Shown piece by piece: positions 47,672-63,597 of a stretch of 64,000 nucleotides of DNA; the first letter of the stretch is position 1, and the number at the start of each line of letters is the position of its first letter. Origin of the DNA: the human T2T-CHM13v2.0 reference genome, Homo sapiens. The notes below the pieces were generated by a model that was not told the DNA's origin, searched no databases, and saw only the letters and a list, made by a program, of their open reading frames with translations. The stretch lies in the NCBI RefSeq assembly GCF_009914755.1, contig NC_060925.1; one strand, given 5' to 3'. The position numbers and the translations under genes were made by a program.

Positions 47672-48851
47672 TCAAGCATCTCTGGCACCCGCTCTGTGCC
47701 CAGCCCTGTGCTAAGCCCAGGTTATCCAGGGAATGGCCAGTGGGGCATTCTAGGTACCAGATAATAATTAAACACAACAGACATGGGTTCCCATACCAGG
47801 GCTCCATCCGCAACGTAAGCAGGAAAAGATTTCAAGCCATGCACATGATTCACAAATGACCCTTGGACATGGGCAGGGACAGGCAGCTGACCTCTAGAGA
47901 CAGATGACCTGCCTTCCAATCCCGGCTCTGTTGCTTTCTTGTTTGAGCAAGTTCCCGCTCTGCTCAGAGCCTGGGTTTTCTTGGCTATCAAATGGGACCA
48001 CCAAGTGTTGGTAGGGCTGTGTGAGCAATGAGTGGGATGAGCTGTATAAAGACCTCAGCACCAAGTACAGCTCTCACGGGTGGAGAGATTAATTTCAGCT
48101 GGGGCAACTGGGATGGTTTTTCGGGTGGGATTGACATGTCACTAGAATCAGGGCGGGACTGAACAGGCGAGGCACAGGGCAGGGGAGGGCGGCTGCACAC
48201 CCACAGTGAGGGCTCTCTGTGCACAGGTAAGTCTGGTTTGTCGTTGATGATGGTAGCGGAGGTGACTACGCCCTTTGAAAAGTGATTTATTTTTAAATGA
48301 GGGCTGACCACAGACTAAGCCACTTCATGCTCTGTTACCACCTGCCTCGGTTTATTCAAACTTCAGTCAAGCTTTGGGTTCAATAAAAGTCACCAGGAAA
48401 TAACTGCCTCGCGCTTCATAGGAAACCCATTAAAAAAATTCATGCACCATTAAGGACCGGTGAGAGGAAGCCAAACTCAGGCCTTCACTGAGCTGCAACT
48501 ACTGGCCCAAGATTGCCCTCTGAGCAGGGACTCAAAGGGTAGATAGATGCGGGAGATTTCGGGTCTCTATGTTAATTTGTTTGCAGCAAGAGGGAGGGAA
48601 GAGCACAGATGGACAGGTAACAGACAGAGGGCTGCGGCTCAGACCCCCGCCATCTTTGCCTGGTGCTTAGGATGAATGAAATATGCCAAAAGGAGCACAG
48701 ATATCACCAACTGGAAGCTTTGACCAGCAACCTTTCTGTTCCATGATGAAAATAAATTTGACTACAGCTGTCAAGAGACTTTTTAAAGTTCATGCCCTTT
48801 GGCCCAGTCCTCTTCCCTATTTGAAGGCTTCTTCCTAAGAAGTCATTTGTA

Positions 48852-49120
<269 letters not shown>

Positions 49121-49224
49121 TCAGAGGAGAGTTATTTATTAGTAATAATTGGAAGAAATTAAATCTCCGACAATAGAATGGACAACAATAGAATTTGTTC
49201 AAAATTCAGCATAGAGATACCTAT

Positions 49225-49320
49225 GGGATGCTAAGGCAGGCGGATCACTTGAGGTCAGGAGTTCGAAACCAGCCTGGCCAACATGGCAAAACCCCATCTC
49301 TACTAAAAATACAAAAGTTA
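49225..49320 (+). mobile_element. Alu left-arm fragment
   Basis: GGCAGGCGGATCACTTGAGGTCAGG...TACTAAAAATACAAAA. Confidence 0.85.
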
Positions 49321-49427
49321 GGAGGTTTTCTAATAATGATATGGTGAACTGTTGGTGATAAAAATACTCAGTAGGGGCAAATACACAACATTATATATTT
49401 AAAATATGTCTCCAAATTTGTGTTTTC

Positions 49428-49723
49428 TTTTTTCTTTTTTTTGAGACAGAGTCTTGCTCTGTCACCCAGGCTAGAGTGCAATGGTGTGATCCCGGCTCAC
49501 TGCAACCTCTGACTCCCAGGCTCAAGTGATCCTCCCACCTCAGCCTCCGGAGTAGGCAGAACTACAGGCATGCACCACTACGCCCAGCTGATTTTTTATT
49601 TTCTTGTAGCGACAGGGTTTCACTATGTTGCCCAGACTGGTCTCAGATTCCTGAGCTCCATTGATCCGCCCACTTCAGCCTCCCAAAGTGCCTGGATTAC
49701 AGGCGTGAGCCACTGAGCTTAGC
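49428..49723 (-). mobile_element. AluJb
   Basis: Perfect 16-bp TSD CCAAATTTGTGTTTTC. Confidence 0.93.
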
Positions 49724-50053
49724 CCAAATTTGTGTTTTCAACAAAATGTGTGCAAGGAGCTTATTTCATTCAGCCTTGTGTTGTAATTAGCTGATTGCCT
49801 GTGCCCTCCTGCCCCCCAGCTATAAACTGTTAAAGGACCACAAGAGTAACTTGTCACTGTATTAAAAGAAAGAATGGAGTGTTGGGAGGGGGGAAGTGGA
49901 TTATCGGAGAATCTGAGTCCTTTATTTTAAAATAATAGTAATAGCATACATGAGTGAGTATTTAGTAAATGCCAAGTTCTGAACTGAGTTCTTCACACAC
50001 TTGTCGCTTAACCCTTACAACTCTACTATGTAGGATGATGCGGTTAATTAGGG

Positions 50054-50241
50054 CAGTGTTCTCAAAATGTGGTCCCTGGAACCAGCAGCATCAGCATCAC
50101 CTAGGAATTTGCTGGAAATGCAACTTCTAAGGTTCTACCCAGACCTACTGAATCAGAAACCCTGGGAGTCAGGAGCCAGCAATCTATGCTTGACCCAGCT
50201 CTCCAGGTTCTCCTGATGCAAACTCAAGTTTGAGAAGCCTG
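50054..50241. mobile_element. MER5A (hAT-Charlie), full length
   Basis: CAGTGTTCTCAAAATGTGGTCCC...AAGTTTGAGAAGCCTG; degenerate 8-bp TSD AATTAGGG/GACTAGGG. Confidence 0.88.
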
Positions 50242-50312
50242 GACTAGGGGTAACAGGCAGCTCAGGGTTATTGAGGGCAGCCTTGAACTTGAGGATTAAA
50301 AGTTCTGTCCTG

Positions 50313-51324
<1,012 letters not shown>

Positions 51325-51497
51325 TTCATAAATTACTTAGAAAAGTGTGACAAATAATTAACATAAAGTATAATTCATATTACATAAACATGAACTAATA
51401 TAAGTAAATATAATACATAATATAATGTTATAATTAGTACAAATATTAATTAACTAATTAAAGTAATAAGGATTATGGTTACATAAAAAGAAGAAGA

Positions 51498-51780
51498 GGC
51501 CGGGTGGTGGCTCATGCCTGTAATCCCAGCACTTTGGGAGGCCGAGGTGAGCAGATCGCTTGAGCTCAGGAGTTCGAGACCTGCCTGGTCAATATGGTGA
51601 AACTCTATCTCTACAAAAAAATACAAAATCAGCCAGTCTACTCTGGAGGCTGAGGTGGGAGGATCACATGATCCTGGGGAGGTTGAAGCTGCAGGAACAA
51701 GTGACCACGCCACTGTGCTCCAGCCTGGGCAACAAAGTGAGGCCCTGTCTAAAAAAAAAAAAAAAAAAAAAAAAAGAAAG
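51498..51780 (+). mobile_element. AluJ with internal deletion
   Basis: J-type arms, long A tail. Confidence 0.88.
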
Positions 51781-52070
51781 ATAGATCCTGGGTTCTAGTT
51801 TCAAAAATGCTGAGAAGGAGAGGGAGAAGTATTTGCTGAGTGCCTATTTTGTGCTGGGCTCCAAGTTACCTCATTTACTGTATAAGCCAAGAACTGTTAC
51901 CGTTACTCATGAAGAGAGGTTTAAGGTGGTTGCCTAAACTCATCTCGCTGATTAGGAGCAGAGCCAGGATTCAAACCCAGCCACAGCTAGGTGCGTGGCC
52001 ATCTGTAAACCACCCACCCTTTGGGAGCTTTTGTCTTTTACTTGTAAAATAGAGGAAATACAACAAAATA

Positions 52071-52141
52071 TTAGGTTGGCACAAAAGTAATCGTAGTTTT
52101 TGCCATTTTAAAAAAAATGGCAAATTTTTGCACCAACTTAA
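52071..52141. mobile_element. MADE1 (mariner MITE)
   Basis: TA-flanked TTAGGTTGGCACAAAAG...TTTTGCACCAACTTAA inverted termini. Confidence 0.9.
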
Positions 52142-52274
52142 TAGTTTTAAAGTTCTTTCTTATGCCAGTTTTCTCTCATAATTAAAGCTCAGTGATGAAT
52201 TTCCTCCCCACCAAAGACAATATATGAAAAGATAATGGGACAAGGATAGTCATTATACATTCTTTATAATATCA

Positions 52275-52668
<394 letters not shown>

Positions 52669-53071
52669 CTATTCAGCCATTACAAATGATGTTGTTAAAG
52701 TATATTATGAACATAAATATATGTATGACATGGTGTTCATATATTCCTAATATTTTGCAGAAAACATAGTTTAAAATAATGTATATCATCTACAGGTTCA
52801 ATCCAACCCCGATCAAAATCCCAATGACATTTTTTACGGAAATAGAAAAATCCATCCTAGAAGTCATATTGAATCTTAAGGGACTCTGAATAACCAAAAC
52901 AATCTTGAACAGGCACAAAGTTGGAGATAATACATTTCTTGATTTCAAAACACTACAAAGATACAGTAATCAAAACAGTGTGGTACTGGCATAAAGATAG
53001 ACATCTAGACCAATGAAATAGAATAGAGAGTCCAGAAATAAACCCCTGCAAAAATAGTCAAATGATTTTCT

Positions 53072-53950
53072 TTTTTAAAAAAAAAAATTTTTTAAGGTCA
53101 GGGGTACATGTGCAGCTTTGCTTCACAGATAAACATGTGTCATGGGGGTTAGTTGTGCAGATTATTTCATCACCCAGGTATCAAGCCTAGTACCCATTAG
53201 TTATTTTTCCAGATCCTCTCCTTCTTCCCATCCTCCACCCTCTGATAAGCCCCAGCATGTGTTGTTCCCCTCTATGTGTCCATGTGTTCTCATCATTTGG
53301 CTCCCACTTATAAGTAAGAACATGGGGTGTTTGGTTTTCTGTTCCTGCATTAGTTTGCTGAGGATATGGCCTCCAGCTCCATCCATGTCCCTGCAAAGGA
53401 CATGAGCTCGTTCTTTTTTATGGCTGCATAGTATTCCACAGTGTATATGTACTGCCAGTCTATCACTGATGGGCATTGAGGTTGATTCCATGTCTTTGCT
53501 ATTGTGAATAGTGCTGCAGTGAACATATGCGTGCATGTGTCTTTATAATAGAACAATTTATATTCCTTTGCGTATATACCCAGTAATGAGAGTGCTGAGT
53601 CGAATGGTATTTTGGTCTTTGAAGAATCGCCACACTGTCTTCCAATTAGTTGAACTAATTTATACTCCCACCAACAGTGTATAAGAGTTCCTTTTTCTCC
53701 ACAAACTTGCCAGCATCTGCTATTTTTTTTGACTTTTTAATAATAGCTATTCTGACTGGTGTGAGATGGTATCTCATTGTGGTTTTGATTTACATTTCTG
53801 TAATAATCAGTGATGTTGAGCTTTTTTTCATATGATTGTTGGCCACATGTATGTCTTCTTTTGAGAAGTGTCTATTCATGTCCTTTGCCCACTTTTTTAA
53901 GGGGATTGTGTGGCTTTTTCTTGTAAATTTGTTTAAGTTCCTTATAGGTG
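53072..53950 (-). mobile_element. 5'-truncated L1PA/PB-like 3' end nested in the older L1
   Basis: GGGGTACATGTGCAG, CTCCCACTTATAAGTAAGAACATG, TTTTTTATGGCTGCATAGTATTCCA; host resumes at TTTTCAGCAAGGG. Confidence 0.88.
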
Positions 53951-54438
53951 CCGGATTGGTTTTCAGCAAGGGTACCAAGACCATTCAATAGGGAAAGGAG
54001 ACTTTTCAATAAATGATGTTGGTAAAACTGGATACCTACACGCAAAAAAAAAAAAAATGAAGTTGGACCCTTACCTTACCTTATATACAAAAAATTAACT
54101 AAAAATAGATCAAAGACCTAAACGTGAGAGCTAGAACTTTAAGATTCTTAGAAGAAAACATGGGGGGAAAGCTTCGTGACACTGGATTTGGCAGTGGTTT
54201 CTTGGATTTGCCACAAAAAGCACAAAAGAAAAAACAGATAAGTTGGATTTCAGTAAAATAAAAAACTCTTGTGCATCAAAGGGCACTGTGTACAGACTGA
54301 AAAGACAATACATGGAATGGGAGAAGGAAGATATTTGTAAATCATCCATGTGATAAGGGATTAATATCTAGAATATAAATAACTCCCACACCTCAACAAC
54401 AAAAATTCAAATGATCTGATTAAGAAATGGGCAAAACT

Positions 54439-54783
54439 GGCCGGGTGCGGTGGCTCACACTTGTAATCCCAGCACTTTGGAAGGCCAAGGCAGGCACATC
54501 AGGAGGTCAGGAGTTCGAGACCAGCCTTACCAACACAGTGAAACCCCATCTCTACTAAAAATACAAAAATTAGCTGGGCCTGGTGGCAGGTGCCTGTAAT
54601 CCCAGCTACTCAGGAGGCTGAGGCAGGAGAATCGCTGGAACCCAGGAGGCGGAGGTTGCAGTGAGCCAAGATGGCGCCACTGCACTGCAGCCTGGGGGAC
54701 AGGGCGAGACTCCGTCAGAAAAAAAAATAAAATAAAATAAAAAAGAAAGAAGGAAGGAAGGAAGGAAGAGAAAGAAAGAAGGA

Positions 54784-54831
<48 letters not shown>

Positions 54832-54862
54832 AGGAGAGAGAGAAAGAAAGAAAAGAAAAGAA
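54439..54862 (+). mobile_element. AluS with (GAAA)/(GGAA) tail
   Basis: Dimeric Alu then polypurine microsatellite. Confidence 0.92.
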
Positions 54863-54872
54863 AAGAAAGGGG

Positions 54873-54928
54873 CAAACCTGCACATTCTGCATGTGTCCCA
54901 GAACTTAAAGTAAAATAAAAATAAAAAT
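54873..54928 (+). mobile_element. About 55-bp L1PA 3'-terminal stub
   Basis: CAAACCTGCACATTCTGCATGTGTCCCAGAACTTAAAGTAAAATAAAA. Confidence 0.85.
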
Positions 54929-54941
54929 AAATGGGCAAAAG

Positions 54942-55235
54942 GGCTGAGTGCAGTGGCTCATGCCTGAAATCCTAACACTTTGGGAGGACGAGGCAGGCAG
55001 ATCACTTGAGGTCAGGAGTTCGAGACCAGCCAGGGCAACAAGGCAAAACCCCTTCTCTACAAAAAATACCTGGGTGTGGTGGCACACACCTGTAGTCCCA
55101 GCTCCTTAGAAGGCTGAGGTGGGAGGATCACTTGAGCCTGAGAGGTTGAGGCTGCAGCGAGCCAAGATCGTGCCACTGTACTCCAGCCTGGGTGACAGAG
55201 ATCCTGTCTCAAAACAAAACAAAAATAAAATAAAA
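54942..55235 (+). mobile_element. AluJ
   Basis: Dimeric Alu, J-type right arm. Confidence 0.9.
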
Positions 55236-55379
55236 AGACAAATACTGCATGATTCCACTTATATGAAATGTCCAGAGTAGCCACATTCATAGAGTCAGAA
55301 AATAGAATGGTGGTTGCCAGGAGCTGGGGTGAGGGAGAATGTGGACTTAGTGCTTTGTGTTTGGTGGGGAGGGCCGTTT

Positions 55380-55516
55380 ATTAGTTTATTTTTATTTTTG
55401 TAGTGATGAGGTCTCACTGTGTTACCCAGGCTGGTCTCGAGCTCCTGACCTCGTGATCCACCCACCTCAGCCTCCCAAAGTACTGGGATTACAGGCGTGA
55501 GCCACCGCGCCCGGCC
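55380..55516 (-). mobile_element. Alu left monomer
   Basis: Antisense left arm only. Confidence 0.85.
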
Positions 55517-56485
55517 ACCTCAATTTTTTTTTAAGTGTGTATCAAATGGTCTCATTTTTGTTTTTTATAAATGCCTATGTTTAAAAATATATGAAAGGAT
55601 ATATTTATAATGCCAATAGTAATTACCTCTAGGCAATCGATTATGAGTGATTTGAGGAAGTTACCTTATTTTCTAAAAGTTTACAGTGAATTTAATTATA
55701 TAATAAAATACAATCCTGAAAAAATACAGACAGCAAGATTTCCAGTAATGTCAGCATTAAACAATTCTCTTCCACATAAAACAAGTATAAACTGGAAAAA
55801 ATTATTTTGAAAATAACTATTTCAAGGCACTGGAAAATGACCAAAGGCAGATACCAACTTAACAAGTCTTCACTCTCAGGAAAAATGGCTGCTAAGAATA
55901 GGAACCGAATTTTTGACCTTCACACCTGGGGGTGTTCCTATTCTTCCAGTAAGGGTAATAAAAACCTACAGCTTTACTGGGCACCGGTGAACATGGTTCA
56001 AAGGTGGCATATTTCACAGGGAGATGTTGAAGGTGATAGAGCCGTAGTAGGGCTGAGACAATAAACTCTTCACACATCTTCAGGTGACTGCTAAATTAAG
56101 CATAAATGTGGGAAGGCCCAGGGAAAATGAAAAGCCTGGGACACTTGGAAACTTCCTCCCTCTCCTCAGCATGCCTGAAACTAGAATCTTTGCATGAACT
56201 CCTCAACCCCTGCAGAGTTCAGGTGGCAGAGAGTTGAGTCCCAAAAGGAGAGAAAAGAGAGAAGTGGGTGGAAAAGGATTGGAAGCACAATGGCCAGTTT
56301 CTTTCCAAATTTGGTGAGATCCAGGAACAGATCCAGGAAGCTAAACAAGCTAAACAAGAAGGTGAAACACAACGAGAATCACACATAGATACATCATGGT
56401 CAAACTGCTGAAAGACATAGTCCTGACAGCAGCAACAGAACAGCCACACATCACATACAGAAGGTAATGATATGATGAGCTGCTG

Positions 56486-56822
<337 letters not shown>

Positions 56823-56895
56823 CTATATAGTAAAACTATCATTCAAAATAAGGGTAAAATAAAGACATTTACAGAAAAATTACAATGTGTTGGTG

Positions 56896-57238
<343 letters not shown>

Positions 57239-58720
57239 TTAAAGACTAAAAGAAAATTGAATAAAAACTATAAACTAAAGAAAAATCATATCTGAGGGTC
57301 ATCCAGCTCCACAGGTAGGAATGAAAGTGGTAAATATGTGATCTGTTTTTTTCTTTTGTTTTCTTAATTTCCTTAAAAGATATATGACTATTTAAAGCAA
57401 AAATTACAACAGCATACCATTGGGTTTATAGCGTAAATGGATGTCATATGTATGACAACAATAGCATAAAGGAGGGTGAGGGAATATGCTGACACAAAGT
57501 TGGTGGGAGTTAGTCATTATTAATATAAAGTAGATTTTGATAAGATAAAGATGCATATTACAATGCCTAGAACGATCACTAAAAATCCACAAAAATATCA
57601 AAGAAGAGAATTTAAATGATGTACTTAAAATATTTGTTTAACACAAAAGAAAGTAGTTTAGAAGGAACAGAGGAACAACAAGGAGATAAGACAAGTAGAA
57701 AACAAATAGCAAAATTGTGGACCAATTCTAACCATGTCAATAATTACAATAAATGTGAATATGAACTAAACCTCCCACCAAAAGGCAGAGATATTTCAGA
57801 TTGAATTAGAAAGCAAGACCCAACTATATTCTGTCTACAAGAAAGTAAAAGGATGGAAAAGGATATACCATGCAAATAGGTGCAAGAGAGCTGGGCTGGC
57901 CATATTAACAACAAACAAAATAGACTTAGAGACAAGCAGTATTACTATAGACAAAAGAAGAACAGTTCATAATAATGAAAGGGTCAATATGGCATCAAGA
58001 TATAGCAATTATAAATCTATATACTTATGATAACAATGCCCCCAAATACACGACTATTTCGATATTCCTTTCTTAGTAATTAATAGAAAAAGTAGTCAGA
58101 AAATCAGAAAGGATATAAAATAACACTATCAAGAAACTTGACCTAATTGGCATTCATAAAACTCCACCTAACAAAAGCAGAATATAGTTATTCTAAAGTG
58201 TATATCACAAAAAGGAATATGGGAAATCCCCCAAACATGAAAATTAAACAATATACTTTTAAATAACTCATGGTCAAAACAAGATATCACAAGGGAAATT
58301 AGAAAAATATGTTGCCCTAAAAACACAACATATCAAATTTTGCAGGATTTAGTTAAAGCAGACTATGCAGGGAAATTTATACCTTTAAATGCTTATACTA
58401 GAAAAGAAGAAAGCATAAAAATAAGTATCTAAGCTTTCAAGTTAGGAAGCTAGAAAAAGGAAAGCAAATTAAATCTGAAATAAGTGAAAGAAAGGAATAA
58501 AGAGAAGCGCAGAAATTAATAAGGTAGAAAACAAATAATTTTTAAAAACATAATGAAACTAAAAGCTCATTTTTTGTAAAGATTAATAAAATTGATAAAC
58601 CTTTAGTTAAACTGATCCAAAAAAACAAGTGGGGGAAGACGTCATAAATTACCAATATCAGGAATAAAATGGTGACATCACTACGAATCCTACAGACATT
58701 AAAAGAATGACTTCCACTTA

Positions 58721-59260
<540 letters not shown>

Positions 59261-59775
59261 TCAGCAGACTCCCTGAGTTGAGAATATAGAGCTGAAAGTC
59301 CGGGAAGACTAAGTTGGCCAGAGTTGCAGGACAGAGTACTGAAGAGAGCTGCCCAGAGAAGGAATCTCAGCGTTCTGCAGAGGGTCCCCATCAAATATGC
59401 ATTTGAGAATCGATTGGTATATGAGTGCTGGAAAACTACCTAAGACCATGGAAAGAACCATCACAATGGACTAGAGGAAATAGTAACTTGAGATCACACA
59501 GGCTGGGAATAGTGCCTGTTTCCATTGGCCAGACTGAAAAGCCTCAGAATTCATTGGACATTGTGTAAAGTATTCAGAAGGGTCTCGACTTGGTAGTAAT
59601 GCTGCTCTGGTCTCATTTTACAAACCTTAAGGGCAAGACCCAAAAGGATGAAGCTGCTTCCAAGTAGCTTAACTGTGTCCCAGAAAAAATGAACAAACTC
59701 AAGAATACTTACAGGAATACAAAGTATTTAGCATCCAACGAGGTAAAATTTTCCAGTCAAAAATTATTAGGGATG

Positions 59776-59823
59776 GGGCACATGTTGTCAGGACCTCCTG
59801 AGGCTGTGTCACAGAAAAAAAAA
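59776..59823 (+). mobile_element. 39-nt ERV1 LTR (MER4/MER41/LTR8-type) fragment plus A-tail
   Basis: GGGCACATGTTGTCAGGACCTCCTGAGGCTGTGTCACAG then A9. Confidence 0.7.
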
Positions 59824-59842
59824 TCAAATATACATATATATA

Positions 59843-60105
59843 TTTTGAGACAGAGTCTCACTCTTGCCCAGGCTGAAGTGTAGTGGTGCAATCTCGGCTT
59901 ACTGCAACCTCCACCTCCTGGGTTCAAGCAATTCTCCTGTCTCATTCTCTTGAGTAGCTGGGATTGCAGGTGCCCGCTACCACGCCCGGCTAATTTTTTG
60001 TATTTTTAGTAGACATGGGGTTTCACCATGTTGCCCAGACTGGTCTCGAACTCATGACCTCAGGTCATCTGCCCCTCAGCCTCCCAAAGTGCTGGGATTA
60101 CAGGC
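59843..60105 (-). mobile_element. AluS lacking about 20 nt of its 5' end
   Basis: Ends at GGGATTACAGGC. Confidence 0.9.
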
Positions 60106-60294
60106 CCAAAAATAAATTTTAAAAATTACTAGGCATGCATAAGGAAAGAAAATACCACTCATGATGGACAGAAAAATCATTCCATTGAAATGGACCCAGA
60201 ATTGACATAGATGTTAGAATTGCAGATAATGACCTGAAAACATATAGCTGTATTCCATATGTTTAAAAACTAGAGGAAAGATTGAACATGTTAA

Positions 60295-60616
<322 letters not shown>

Positions 60617-61450
60617 TAAGTGGGGAATTTTAAGAGATGAAAACTATAACGGAATATACAATGGGATAGAAAACTTTTGGGGTGGTGAATTTGTTATTAT
60701 GATGTGGTGATAGCTTCACATGTTTGTATGTCAAAATATATAAAATTGTGCCCTTTGAATATGTGTAGTTTATTGTCTGCTAATTGTGCCTCTATAAAGC
60801 TATTATAAAATAATATAAATTTAAAAAAGGACAAGAGAATATTGTAAAAAATTTTATACCAACAAATTTGAAAACATAAAGAAAATGGGCAAACATACAG
60901 AAAAATAAAAATTACCAAAACTGACTCAAGAAGACATAGAAGATCTAAATATACCTGTATCAAGTAAACAAATTGAATTGGCAATTAAAAACTTTTCCAC
61001 AAAGAAAAGTCCAGGCCCAGATGGTTTCACTGGTGAATCCTATCAAATATTTAAGGAAGAAATGCTACCAGTTCTATGGAAACTCAGAAAATACAGGGGG
61101 AAGAAGCAATTCCAAATTCATTTTCTGAAGCTAGTATTACCCTGATACCAAAGCCAGACAAAGAAATCACAAGAAAGAAAACTATACCTCAATATTCCTC
61201 ATGAGCACAGATACAAAAATCTTTAACAAAGAGCAAATCAAGCCCAGCAATATTTACAGAAGATAATACATCATGGCCAAGTAAGATTTATCCCAGTAAT
61301 GCAAGGTTGGTGTAACATCCAGAAATCAATTCCTGTTCTACACCATATGATCAGATAAAGGAAAAAAATTATAAAGCCATCTCAATAGATGCAGGAAAAG
61401 CATTCAACAAAATTCAACAACCATTCATAACAAAAACTCTCAGTAAACTA

Positions 61451-61820
<370 letters not shown>

Positions 61821-62964
61821 CACCTATTAAAAACCTACAGCTAACATCATATTTAATGGTGAAAGACTAAATGCTTCCTACCTAAAATCGGAAACAAGAT
61901 AAGGATGTCTGCTCTCACCATGGCTACTCCACACTGTGCCATTTGAATGGCTGAGATAAACAAAACAAAACACCTGACTCTACCCAGTAAAGCAGGAAAA
62001 AAAAATGGGGGACAAGGAAGTTGCTGCGGAGGAAGGACTGTGAGAACAAGGATGGATACTCTGACCTATATTCACGGCTGGTTTGACATCTGTGTGCTAC
62101 AAACCACCAACCTTCTGGCCGAGATTGGCGGAGAAGATGGGCTTCCATGGAGACGGAGCCCCGCCCAACAGGGCAGAGAGGCATGTGACCCAGTCATTGC
62201 AGAGCACTGTGACAGGCTCCACAAGGGCTCCCAGCTCTGTGGGCACACTGAGGAGGGGGCCATCAACCCCTTCTGGGAGAGGGGAGGCTTCCCAGGAAAC
62301 GAAGTGCCAGAGGGTGGAGCCTCCTGGGAGCCCAGACGGTGGAGACTTGAAGCTATTAGCTTCACTTCCTGCCATTCCCTCCCTCCTCTTCCCACCCACT
62401 AGAGTGCCAGGTGACTGTGATTTCTTTTTTAATTAAAGTGAACCCAATTCAATCTTGCCTAGAGAGTTTCCTGATACCTCTTGGAATAGAGTCTTGCTGG
62501 GGTGTTGCAAAAACTGGGTTGGGCATCTGTATTCTAAACTCTGAGGGCAACTGTGGGGACCACCCTCCCGGATGCGAGTTTGGTCTCAGTGGGGTTGGGG
62601 GCAGGACTAGGTGGCAAGAACAGTATTCCAGGTGCATAGAGGGACCTGTGCCCACCCGGTGCTGTCTTCATAGAAGAAAACAAAAGCCCCTGCACAAAGG
62701 ACCTGCCATGGTGCCCGGTGTGTTGAACTGTCCAGAGACCCTGTGTGACCAGGGCATCATTAGCAGAGACCTCAGGGAGCCACAGAAGTCTGGGAGGTAA
62801 ACATCTGTGTCCAAGGGCAGGGCAAAGTCTTGGGGTGGTTATTCAGCTCTGTGAGTGCATCTAATTGTCTCAAGGGCGTAGCTTTGTCCCAGCAACATTG
62901 GCAACTCCTGGCGGGCAGAATTTGGCTTCACATAGTTTCCTTATGCGCCTAGAAAGGAGGGAAC

Positions 62965-63160
62965 GAACATCTATTGCAAGCCTGCTGAGTGCTTATGGGC
63001 ATTATGTATGCATTCAGTCTTTGTGTCTACATGGGGACATTATCCCCATTTGAAGATAAGGAAACTGAGGCCCAGAGAGGTGAAGTGACTTGTCCGAGGT
63101 CACACACAGGCAGATCTGGGATTCCAACCACAGTTTGTTTCACCAAAGCCCCCGCTTGGA
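62965..63160 (-). mobile_element. MIR
   Basis: ATCCCCATTTGAAGATAAGGAAACTGAGGCCCAGAGAGGTGAAGTGACTTG. Confidence 0.85.
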
Positions 63161-63557
63161 AATCCTGGGCCAGTGAGGGCACCGCTGCGACTAGCCTCCT
63201 CATCTGGTTCATTCCCCAAAACCCGGCACCCCGGAGATGGGGCAGCAGGCAGGCATCCTGAGGTCAGTGCCTCCCTGCCTGCTTGGCTGTGTGCCTCAGG
63301 TGTCCTGGGTGCTAGGAACGTCATGGTAATCTCATGCATGAGTAAGGCTCGAAAGATGTACTGAAAGTTAGATGCAGTGATTAAGAAGACGGAAGGGGTG
63401 TCCCCCAGCTTCCCACCCCTGCCCCACTGTCGTTTCCCAATTCCTTCTACTGGTTTGACAGAAGGAACCAGTCCAGTTGACAGGAGGGAGGTGCTGGCCT
63501 CAGGCATGGCTGCAGGAAGCAGGCTGGGCAGGAGCAGGGCACGATTGCAACAGCACC

Positions 63558-63597
63558 CTGCCGCCAGCCACCTGCCACCTGCCGCCTGCCGCCTGCC
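63558..63597 (+). repeat. 7-mer tandem repeat (GCCRCCT)n
   Basis: CTGCCGCCAGCCACCTGCCACCTGCCGCCTGCCGCCTGCC. Confidence 0.8.

Larger units (their letters stand above)
52780..55350 (+). mobile_element. L1MB-like ORF2 3' part and 3' UTR hosting several insertions
   Basis: CAGTAATCAAAACAGTGTGGTACTGGCATAAAG; TACTGCATGATTCCACTTATATGA. Confidence 0.85.

Noticed and set aside
59776-59814. U13 snoRNA fragment
   Set aside because: Shares only GGGCACAT with U13 as I recall it; the rest matches an ERV1 LTR motif.
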